Shown piece after piece: positions 1 to 9,789 of a DNA stretch of 64,000 nt. The stretch's first letter is position 1, and each line of letters opens with the position of its first letter. The position numbers and the translations under genes are program-made. Source of the stretch: Amoebidium appalachense (lineage: Eukaryota > Protista > Ichthyosporea); the NCBI GenBank assembly GCA_963693365.1, contig CAVNZM010000013.1, positions 2,257,817-2,321,816 on the forward strand, in the 5' to 3' direction. The notes beneath the pieces are model-generated. The model saw nothing but the letters and a program-made list of their open reading frames with translations, did no database searches and was not told where the DNA came from.

Positions 1-149
1 GGTGGGGAACGACTCCACACAAGACCTGCTATCGAGGGTGATCAGCTCAATAGTCGTTCATGTGCCTGCCGCCATCAACCGTGTGTCTTTCCAGTAGGGT
101 GCATGGCAGATCACACACTGCTGGCTGGGGCCATGATCCCACCGCCGTG

Positions 150-500
150 GCCCAGCCAATCAGAAATGCACACCGTAATCTGCTAGGAGTGTCCACCTGG
201 CTGGCTCAAAAATGCAGTCTGGCGTTTCCGCGCGGGTCCTTTTTAAATTAATCAAAGTACTTCGCGGTTTTTAAAGCCAATCTGAATGCTTCTCTGGCAG
301 AGCAACCAATAGGATTCTGAATTGACAACCAATAGAGAATCATCTATACGTTATGTTAAAACTATTTAGTGTAAATTGAACCAACCACCGCCTGAGAGAG
401 AGTAACTTAGTGACGCCATGATCCATTTTTGTCAAGTGATTGTCGTCACTGACGATGCACAAGTTATTTCAGAGAAGCCGATGAGAGAAAGCACCTAAAG
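150..500. repeat. AT-richer CCAAT-dense block inside the intron upstream of the FCP1-like last exon; possible dispersed repeat or transposon remnant
   Basis: Several gccaatc/accaata motifs (~155, 277, 305, 328) in sequence that differs compositionally from the flanking TG/CA-rich DNA; similar blocks recur elsewhere in the window. Confidence 0.35.
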
Positions 501-661
501 TGACTATGCTTGCCCTGGGCACTTGGTCACGGATTCGGACGACGAGGCGCATTGAGCAAAGTATCTGTCTTTGTACACATGTGTGTAGGGTGGGGGTGGG
601 GGTGGGGAACGTCCCTGGTCAAGCATATTCTAACATGACAATGTTGCTTTTCCTGGTGTAG

Positions 662-1236
662 GCGGAGATGTGGCAGCTTGCACGGCGGCTGGGTGCTCAG
701 TGCTTCACGGAGGTGGATGGGCGGGTCACGCACCTGGTCACGCACCAGGTGCGAGGCAGGGAGACGGTCAAGGCCAACGTGGCCCGGCAGCAGGGCAGTG
801 TGTTCATGGTCACCCCCGAGTGGCTGCAGGAGAGCGCATACAACTTCAAACGGGAGAGCGAGATCGACTATGCCCTGGACAAAACTACCCTGCCCCAGGG
901 CTTGAAACTCGACGACCACCGGCGGCGCATGGCCGAGAAGCAGGGCTGGGCGCTGGCACAGTGGGAGCAGCGGCAGCGCACGAACCAAGGCAGGCAGGTG
1001 CAGCGCCAGGCCAGCTCAGCACTGGGCATGGCATCGGGCCAGGACGACACACAGCCGCCAGCAAAGCGCATGCGCCTGGATGTAGCAAGGAATGGGCCCC
1101 CTGGGGGGAGGGGGCGGGAGAGGAGGAGTGGGGGGAGGGGGAGGGGCAGGGGGACAGCGACAGTGATTCGAGCCTGGCCAGTTTCGAGCAATACCTCATG
1201 CAGGCCCAGGCTGCACAGCAACTCGGCCCAGGCTGA
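662..1236 (+). CDS. FCP1: Last exon of an FCP1/CTDP1-like RNA polymerase II CTD phosphatase (BRCT domain + acidic tail); 5' part lies outside the window; apparent 1-nt frameshift near 1090
   Basis: Acceptor tgtag at 657-661. AEMWQLARRLGAQCFTEVDGRVTHLV...VTPEWLQES matches the FCP1-type BRCT pattern. An acidic tail EEEWGEGEGQGDSDSDSSLASFEQYLM lies in a shifted frame and ends at TGA 1234-1236. The phosphatase domain itself is not in view. Confidence 0.72.
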
Positions 1237-2099
1237 TGGCAACACATGCACGTGCTGGCCACGTGTATGCCCTTGGTGCTGCCTACGGGATTGCACATAA
1301 TGTGGCAGTACATGTACTATGGGGCACCCTAGTAGACTATGGGTTCTAGAATAATTGGCCACAGTTTCGTGGTGGTCATGATCAGGCTGGCACTGCACAT
1401 GCAATAGCTATAGCCCTGTTGCCTCTGCAGGCTGTCGAGTATGCATGTGTAGTAGGCCAATAGATAGGAATGGGCTCTAACCATCATGTTACTGTGTACA
1501 TACATGCATGCAAATAATCGGTCACATACGTGCACGTGCAATGCAGGATTATTAATCTACATACAAAAGCCAGGTGGCAGGTGGCACCAATGTATGGACC
1601 ACCAGCTGAGGCGAGCTGGCCCCAGGCTGCCGAGGCTATGCAAATAGATGCCATGTAACCCATCCTGTGAACGCACAGTGTAATGATTTGCACGGCCATG
1701 AAAAGCCCATCATCCAGGTGCCGGCTGCAGGTTGCCAAGTAGCCGTGGAAGTAGTATGTTTACTTGCTGACATGTGTACTTGGCACATGTGACAGCAGCA
1801 GCAGTATGCCGCATTGCCTGGGGCGGCTGCAGCAGCCCGCCGTGTAGGCTACGGGCCACGCCAGCAGGCGTGCTGCATGCACCGCACTGAATGGCCTGCT
1901 CGTCTTGGAGATCTAGAGCAACTCAGCGTTGAGCTGCCACGGGTGACCGTCCTTCGAATTCAAACCCTGGATCACCGTGCCGTTGATTGGACGATCCACT
2001 TTACCAATGGCCTGGCTGTTTGGTACGGCTTTTGCATTCCTGACATTCCGTGCCATCCGAGGCATGCTCCGGGCGGCGGGCAGCATGAATTCGCTTGCT

Positions 2100-2878
2100 G
2101 AACGCCGATTCTGATTGGCGTGACCCGATTGAATTAATAGAAATTCAAAGGTAGCCAAATTTGTCTATTTTATGACGTCATTAACTTCCTGATTGGTTTG
2201 GACAGGATTACGTAATTTCCTTCCGATCGCCAGTTTCGGGTCGGGCTAAAAAGTGCGCTGAGCCTCTGGAATGCTGAGATTTTGCAGAGAGGCGCATCCG
2301 ACTGAATCCCTCTAGATCTTCGCGAATCGACCTTCGCGCTATTAGTGTAGCACCCCTGTACACGCGGGTTTAAAGAGTGAACAAAGTCTTTGCCGATTTT
2401 ATTCATATTATTAAAACAAAAACCTGCGATTTGCAAAACTTTCTGCCGTTTTCCAGCGCCAATTGAAGCAAAAACTTCACGGCAACACCAATCAGATCAT
2501 TATCATTGATTTCTTGAATAAACATATTTGGTTTAAAAAACGTAATGTTCGCTGATTGGCTCAGCTGAGTAAGCGAATACATGCTGCGGCGGGCGATAGT
2601 GGTACCGGTGCTACTGTCTCACCTGTACTCTGTCTCAGTCGACCTCTGTGTGTGGGCCACCAAGCCCCGGTGTATAGTGGTAGCAAGTGCGCTTATAACA
2701 CAAAGTTGTAGGGTTAGGAGGCACGACCAAACGTATGTACGTATGCATGGCCAGAAAGAACTAGCAGGGAAAAGATAGCAACTCGCCTGCTCCACCCATA
2801 GCGTAGTGTGCCTATACCATAAGTCCTCAGTATCCCCCTCGGCCACGCAGCAGGCACGCAGGACGGCACACATTCGCC
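2100..2878 (+). promoter_or_regulatory. Putative PPCS promoter region, CpG-rich, with CCAAT boxes and a CRE-like palindrome
   Basis: ctgattgg at ~2111, 2188, 2552; accaatcag at ~2487; atgacgtcat at ~2172; lies immediately upstream of ATG 2879. Confidence 0.4.
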
Positions 2879-4089
2879 ATGGACGACAGCTTTGCCGATT
2901 ACTTTGCCACACAGCCGCCACCGGTCGACCTTGACCGGCAGCGGGCCCAGCTCGATGATTTCCTGGCCCTGCATAAGGCTCAGGGCAGGCCTGTGGTGAT
3001 CATAACGGTTCAGCTTCCCCCCCTCCCTCCCCTCCCTTCCCCCCCCCTCCCCCCTCCCCCCCCCCCCCCCCCCCCCCACCACCACCACCACCACCACCAC
3101 CACCACCATCCGCCCCCCAACCCCCCGACCACCCCTCTCTCTCCTGCTGAATCGCCCGCCCGCACCCCCACGCCCCCTCTGCAAGCACTCACTCACTCCA
3201 TCCCTCAACCTTACTCACGCCCCCCCCCCCCCCCCCCTTCCCCCCCTTTCCTCACCTGGAACCACCCAGCCACCCTCATTCATTGACTCTTGTCCCACTG
3301 TTCTTTTCGGCTGCCATGCACTCAGTTGTGTGCACTCTTGCATTTTCAGGTGTACAGTCGTGCTTGCAGGCACACCATCCACACAAACACAGATGCGCAC
3401 GCACACCCATACGTCTGCTCTTACTCGTACACATATATGCGCATCGGCATGCTCACCACACACACACAGACACCAAAGATACACATGCAAAGGCATAAAC
3501 GCACACATGGACTTGCACGCTTGTACGTGCCTGGGCATACACACCACCCACACGCATGCACATACATACACAAAGGTGCACCTAAACATACACACCAACG
3601 GTTGCACACTATGCACACAAACACTCACTTGTGCCTGGAGGCTGTACCAAACCTACAACACACTCGTACAAAAGGTAAAAGCATCCAAGATCTCTAACAC
3701 AAGCATACATGGCACATATGATGCACACACATGGGCACAAGCAGGATTGCACATGTAGGCCAACAGACACACAGGTGCATCCACCCGCTCGACTTTTCAG
3801 TTTACGTACCCACTTCAACGGCACAGTCTCTGCGTGTCTATAACGTAACACGAACTTCTGGCCTGTCCCTTGCACCCTAGCAACCCTTTGCAGCCTGCCC
3901 TTTACCTCAGTTTGCGAGTGTTCTTTTTCTCTCTGCCAAGTCTCTTTCTTGCACACACACACACTCTCTCTCTCTCCCTCTATGTCTCTTTCTCGAGGTC
4001 GCGCCCCCCGCCTCCCCCAAACTCTCCCCCCCGCCTCTGAACTCCTTGATCCATGTCACAGTCCCCCCTCCCCCCCCCCCTCCTCTCCA

Positions 4090-4120
<31 letters not shown>

Positions 4121-4207
4121 ACACATACACAAACACACACTTGAGGAGCTCACCTCCTCCTGCATCAGCCGTTCTCCACCCTTGGCTTTACCATCCACCC
4201 TCCCTCC

Positions 4208-4246
<39 letters not shown>

Positions 4247-4839
4247 CACACACATACACACACCACCACCACCACCACCACCACCATCACCCTTCCCTTT
4301 GGAGAGGGGAGGGGGGGGCGGAGGGGGAGGGCGGGGGGGATCGTCTGCTACCCCCAGGAACATCACTGAGGGTCAGCAACCACCTCTCTCTCGTGCCACC
4401 CCCCAGCAGTGGCATGGCACTAACTGCCTGTTTGCATTACCCTGTGTCTGTATCTGTCTTGGCAGCTATCTGACGTCCTTGCAGTCAGGAGGCACCACCG
4501 TGCCGCTGGAACACAACATGGTTCGCTTTCTGGACAACTTCAGTGCCGGCACGAGGGGCTCTGCCTCGGCAGAGTATCCACTCACATGAAGGGGGGGGGG
4601 ACGGAGGGGAGGGGGACAGCCTTGGCAGTGCGAGTGGGGTGGCTGGGTAGGACGGGTGTGGATGGTGTGGTTTGTAGGTTCGTGGGGGCCGAAGGAGGGT
4701 TGGTTGGGGGGGGGGGGCAAGCATCAGGGACGTGTTAGCCTTAACCGTCCAGATACTTTCTGGAGGCCGGCTATGCGGTGGTGTTTATGCACCGCAACTT
4801 CAGTCTGGAGCCTTACAGCCGCCACTATAGGTGGGTTGC

Positions 4840-4881
<42 letters not shown>

Positions 4882-4956
4882 CCTCCCTCCCTTAACACAC
4901 ACACAAAAAAAAAAGAAGAAAAAAGGAAAGAAAGAAAAATAAGCATACACTCCCTC

Positions 4957-5012
<56 letters not shown>

Positions 5013-5167
5013 TTCACACCTAGTGTGCATGCATATACCTGAACTCTTACAACACACAACCGTCCCCCTTCCCCGCTTGGGAGTTAATTTTGGGACTTAC
5101 CTTTCTTGCCTTGTATATCATTTAGCCTCCCCGCCCCCAAACCCCCCTTCATCTCCCTCCCCCCCCC

Positions 5168-5198
<31 letters not shown>

Positions 5199-6568
5199 AC
5201 ATACAAACACACACAAACACGGAGGCTGCACGCACGCCTGCACACACACACAGTGGCTCTCCAGTGCACGTGCTAGTGGGTTTGTTCTCAAGGACACGTG
5301 CACATGGGGTCTTGGTTGCATGCCGGGCCAGGGTTGCTGCAGATAAGAAGCACATACACCCGAGGTTTCCACCCACATGCGCACACACGCAAGCCACCTG
5401 GCAGCCAAGGGCAATTGAATGTAGTGGACCCCCCATGGTATTGCTGGACTGGCACGGGGGATGGGCTGTGTATGGCCCAGCAATCTAAAAATAGAAACCG
5501 CTTTGAGGGGCTGTCCAAAAATAGACCATGGGTGGGGCAGTCTAGAAATAGACCATACTGACTTGGTTGATGCAGCCACACGGTGCACTGCATCCTGGAC
5601 TATCTAAAAATAGAACACCATCTAAAAATAGACCATACTGATTTGGTTGTGCAGCCACACGGTGCACTGCATCCTGGACTATCTAAAAATAGACCATACT
5701 GATTTGGTTGTGCAGCCACACGGTGCACTGCATCCTGGACTATCTAAAAATAGACCATACTGACTTGGTTGTGCAGCCACACGGTGCACTGCATTCTGGA
5801 CTATCTAAAAATAGAGCATCACAGCGACGGCGACACAATAGCAGGTAGGGACAGAGGGGGGGGGGGGGGGGGGGGGGGATGAAGGGGTGGGTGCTGACTG
5901 GGTGTGCAGTGATGCCGGCACACAGAGAGGGCCTCAAAGAGGTGCTGGAGAAGCACAACAAGGTGCCTGGATGTGCATGTGCCTGTGCCTGTGTGCCTGT
6001 GTATGTACCTGCGCATGTGCGTGTGTGTGTGCATGTGCACGTGCATGTGTGTGTGTGTGTGTGTGTCGGTGCATGTGCCAATCGCTTTTCTGTGTCTGCA
6101 TGGTGGGGTGCCTGTGCACTTGTGGCATGTGTGTGTGTTTGGCGTTTCTGGCTGTGTGTGTTGTCCCTGGGCCCTGAGTGCACGTCGCCTGTGTTGACCT
6201 GATGTGCATTAGGCCAAGGCTGAGCGGCGGCTGCACAAGATCCCCTTTGTGACGGTGACCGAGTATCTCTTCTTGCTGCGCATGGCCAGCCAGGCCTTCA
6301 GTGTGCTGGGCCCTAGTGCCATGTTCTATCTGGCTGCTGCCGTCAGCGACTTCTTTATCCCCGTCCAGGATATGGTATGCACACACACACTGCCTGTTAG
6401 GTATGCATGCACACACACTGCCTGTTATGTATGCATGCACACACACTGCCTGTTAGGTATGCATGCACACACACTGCCTGTTATGTATGCATGCACACAC
6501 AGACACCGTGCCTGCCTGCCACACAATCGCATAGGGGTACTGCTGTGTCCACGTGCACACTCACTCCA

Positions 6569-6599
<31 letters not shown>

Positions 6600-7305
6600 A
6601 CTGGGCCACCACACACACACACGCAGGCTGTGTGGCTGAGGGCATTGGCAAAGGCTCCCTGTGTACTGCACGTTAACGACATGTGTGTGTGCCATGTATG
6701 GGTGGTGCTGTGTGTGCACTTTAGGTAGGACGTGTGTGTGTGTAACTTGTGTGCCTGGTGTGTGTGTTGTATGTGCCTATGCTGTTAGCTGACACGGCGT
6801 GCAGGCCGTGCATAAGATCCAGAGTGCCGGGGGCCCACTTGAGCTGCGGCTGCAGCAGGTGCCCAAGATGCTGACCCCCCTGTGCAAGGAGTGGGCACCC
6901 AGTGCATATATTGTGTCCTTCAAGGTGCGTGTGCTTGTGTGTGGGTGTGCAATTGTTTGTGGACCTGGTGTGTGTGGATGGATGGTGTGTGTGCAAGGGG
7001 TGTGGGCAATGTGTGGCTGGGTGGGTGGGTGGGTGTGGTGTGTGTGGGTGGTTGGGTGGTGTGTGGATGTGGTGTGTGTTTCTTCATGGGTGGTGTGGTA
7101 GTCTACGCCATGGTGTATGTGCACATATGTACATGTGGTTGTGTGCCCATGTGAATGTAAGTGTGCAGGGTGTCGTGACCATGTGTGCACTTTCTTGTCC
7201 GGGTGTTTGCCCTTCATTTTGTGTGTTCGTGTGTGTGTGTGTGTGTGTGTGCATGTGGGGATTAGTGTCGTTTTCTGCGTATGTACCTTTGTGTATGTGT
7301 GTACA

Positions 7306-7358
<53 letters not shown>

Positions 7359-7515
7359 GCGTGTGCGTGTGCGCGCGTGTGTGTGAGTGTACTATGTGCA
7401 TGTGTGTGTGTGTGTGTACTGTGTGGGTGGGTGGGTGTGCGTATTCATGTGTACAGTGTGTGTGTGTGTTCGTGTGTGTGTGTGTGTGTGTTGTGCATTT
7501 GTGTATATGTGTGCA

Positions 7516-7553
<38 letters not shown>

Positions 7554-7702
7554 TATGTGCCTGCCCGTGCTGACCGTGCTGCAGCTTGAGACGGATTCCG
7601 AGCTGATAGTGCCCAAGGCTAGAGCCTCCCTCGACAAGTACGGCCACAAGCTGGTCATCGGTACTTTCTTCCCCCCCCCCCCCCCCCCCCCCCCCACCTC
7701 AA

Positions 7703-7771
<69 letters not shown>

Positions 7772-8292
7772 ACGCACACGCCGCCACGCAGTACTTTGAG
7801 GTCGAGCGCCTGCCATACGTGCAGGACAACCGCCAGAATCTGGTTTTCATCGACGAGGCCTCCGTGTATCTGGACGAGACCCCGGGCCGAGTGTGGGGGC
7901 ACCGCGGCTCGCATCACAAAATCCCCAAGCTTAAGCTGTCTTTCCGATAAACGGTCCCGAGCTGTGTGTGTGCTGTGTCCTGTGTTCTGGCATGTGTGCT
8001 TGCTTGCTGCCTGCCTGCCTCTGTACTATTCAACAAGCCCATGAAATGTAAAGCAGGGTGTGTTGCTTGCCGTGTGTTTCCGCCGTGTACGTGTGTGTGC
8101 CTGTCTGACTGTCTGGGGGGCACAGGCAACCTGCTGACAACGCGCAAGCACACGGTCAAGTTTGTGACGGCCACAGAGGTGCAGGACATAACCCTAAGTG
8201 AGGAGGAGAGGCACCATGCAAGCGGTGTGGAGATAGAGCAACACATAGTGGACAGGCTAAAAGCCCTGCACCAGGCCTTCATTGGCCAATAG
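2879..8292 (+). CDS. PPCS: Phosphopantothenate--cysteine ligase (CoA biosynthesis), 9 exons: 2879-3007, 4485-4573, 4753-4830, 5777-5844, 5910-5962, 6213-6374, 6805-6924, 7585-7660, 8126-8292
   Basis: Spliced translation gives [38 protein letters not shown]...[15 protein letters not shown]...HKIQS...VPKML...[15 protein letters not shown]...[18 protein letters not shown], the diagnostic PPCS/Cab2 motifs. All introns are GT-AG with consistent phases. Confidence 0.95.
4574..4752 (+). other. Candidate U12-type (minor spliceosome) GT-AG intron, PPCS intron 2
   Basis: 5' site GTATCCAC; CCTTAAC branch motif at ~4739-4745 just before CAG; no polypyrimidine tract; phase 2. Most other introns here use CTGAC-type branch sites. 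Confidence 0.6.
5484..5815 (+). repeat. Tandem ~61-bp repeat (4 copies plus degenerate upstream stubs) spanning the branch point, acceptor and start of PPCS exon 4
   Basis: Unit atagaccatactgaYttggttgtgcagccacacggtgcactgcatcctggactatctaaaa; acceptor AGs end at 5575, 5654, 5715, 5776. Confidence 0.9.
6375..6500 (+). repeat. ~28-bp tandem repeat starting at the PPCS exon 6 donor
   Basis: gtatgcatgcacacacactgcctgtta(g/t) repeated ~4.5 times. Confidence 0.85.
7781..7950 (+). mobile_element. IS630/Tc1-mariner-like DDE transposase fragment inside PPCS intron 8
   Basis: CpG-rich coding-like island translating [25 protein letters not shown], which resembles the first-Asp motif (hhFhDE...W..rG) of DDE_3 transposases; it does not fit the PPCS protein. 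Confidence 0.6.
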
Positions 8293-8450
8293 CCACGGGC
8301 ACGCACACACACACACACATACACACACAACAAACACAACACACACATCCAACACATTGACACCTGCACATATACACACACAGAGAGGAAGCAATGCACC
8401 GGCATACGGTGATGCACTCGCCCGCAAGCACGCACGCACACACACACGCA

Positions 8451-8520
<70 letters not shown>

Positions 8521-8852
8521 GACACACAAAGGCACAAGTCATGCAGTCGCATGCAGGCAAACACTTATGCACACGGGCACATAGAGTGCTGCACAGACGC
8601 AGGCACGCAGTCACATGCACACACCTCTCACGTGCCGTTCTTTCACCCTTTAGTGTGCCATGGGCTCTGCCCTCGGGCCGCAGCAGCTGCCCTGTGGGCC
8701 TGCCCCCAGTGACGTGCTGCCGCCCATAAACAGTCTCCTTCGTGTGTGACGTGCCAGTAACTTCCCCACTGTACAGTATTCCCGTCCTCTCCCCCCCCCC
8801 CCCCCCCCTCCCTCTCCCTTTCCTCCCCCCCCCCCCCCCCCCCCCCCCCCCC

Positions 8853-9266
8853 CTATTCTGCCGTGCTCAGTGCCTGCAACCTCGTGTCGTCCAGGGTGTC
8901 TGCTAGTGCGTCCACGTCTGCGTCTGGGTCGCCCACCCACTTGCCGTCAGGGAACAGCTCGGCCCGTAGCTGGGCCAGGTCGCTGTGTATCTCCTCCACC
9001 TGCCGGTTGGACAGACTCTTCTGCCGTGGGGCGGGCCGTCTGTCGTACTCGCTGAAGTAGCCGTTGTACTTTTCGTACGTGGGGTACTCCTCCACCGTGT
9101 CGCGGAACGACACCTGCCGCGGGGCCCTGAGGCTCGCTCTGTCGGCCGCAGTAGGCAACTGGTCCGCCACGCGCTGCAGCGCCCGCACGGGCATACTGGC
9201 CTGCCGCACCGGCCGGAACGGGAGCGGCGGCCGTGGCCGTGGCTGCGCGCCTCCCTCCTGTGTCAT
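8853..9266 (-). CDS. Small single-exon protein with a Phactr/Bni4/neurabin-like PP1-binding module
   Basis: ATG at 9266. RQVSFRDTVEEYPTY...EYDRRP...LSNRQVEEIHSDLAQLR resembles the RVxF...YDR...helix arrangement of Phactr and Bni4/Afr1 C-termini; non-repetitive coding-like composition. Confidence 0.65.
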   Translation of the reverse strand: MTQEGGAQPRPRPPLPFRPVRQASMPVRALQRVADQLPTAADRASLRAPRQVSFRDTVEEYPTYEKYNGYFSEYDRRPAPRQKSLSNRQVEEIHSDLAQLRAELFPDGKWVGDPDADVDALADTLDDTRLQALSTAE

Positions 9267-9789
9267 GGCTGGCGCCGCGCCAGATTTGCGCATGCACACA
9301 CACTAAACCCTAAGGGACGCTCCCCAAAAAACAACAGTTCTGAGAACAGGCTCACTCAAGTGGTCGCCCTGTGGCGCCACGCCCGTGGCTTGTGGCGGTG
9401 TGGATGGTTGCTTCTGTGAGAAACCTAACGAGACAGAAGGGCTGTGAATAAGTGCGCGCCACACGGCACAGTGTGAGCGTGTGTGTGCGTATATATGCCC
9501 ACAAAACTTCCACTACCCCCCGCACACTCTTAGAGTCCGTGTTTGAAACAAACTGCTTGGGGCTCATTCGCGAAGTGCCAGCACCCTCTTTCACGGCCCA
9601 ACCAATCGCAACAGTCCGCCAAAAAGCCATACGTGATATCGCATTAATAGCTGGGCTTTAGCACAACTGGAAGGCATCTGATTGGTTGGGAAAAGGCTGA
9701 GACGCACACTAGTGTGTCATACACTGCGCACACACACGAACATACGCATAAACAGGACTCATAGGTGCCTTTGTAAACACGACGCCAAC
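9267..9789. promoter_or_regulatory. Short divergent (bidirectional) promoter between the PP1-binding gene and the exonuclease
   Basis: Head-to-head ATGs at 9266 (-) and 9790 (+); CCAAT boxes in opposite orientations at ~9601 and ~9680; aaaccctaa at ~9305. Confidence 0.5.

Noticed and set aside
5548-5815. 61-bp repeats as CRISPR repeat-spacer units
   Set aside because: Whole units are near-identical and derive from a PPCS intron-exon junction
9302-9315. aaaccctaa (and tagggttagg at ~2709) as telomeric sequence
   Set aside because: Only one or two units; at most telo-box-like promoter motifs, and not distinguishable from chance
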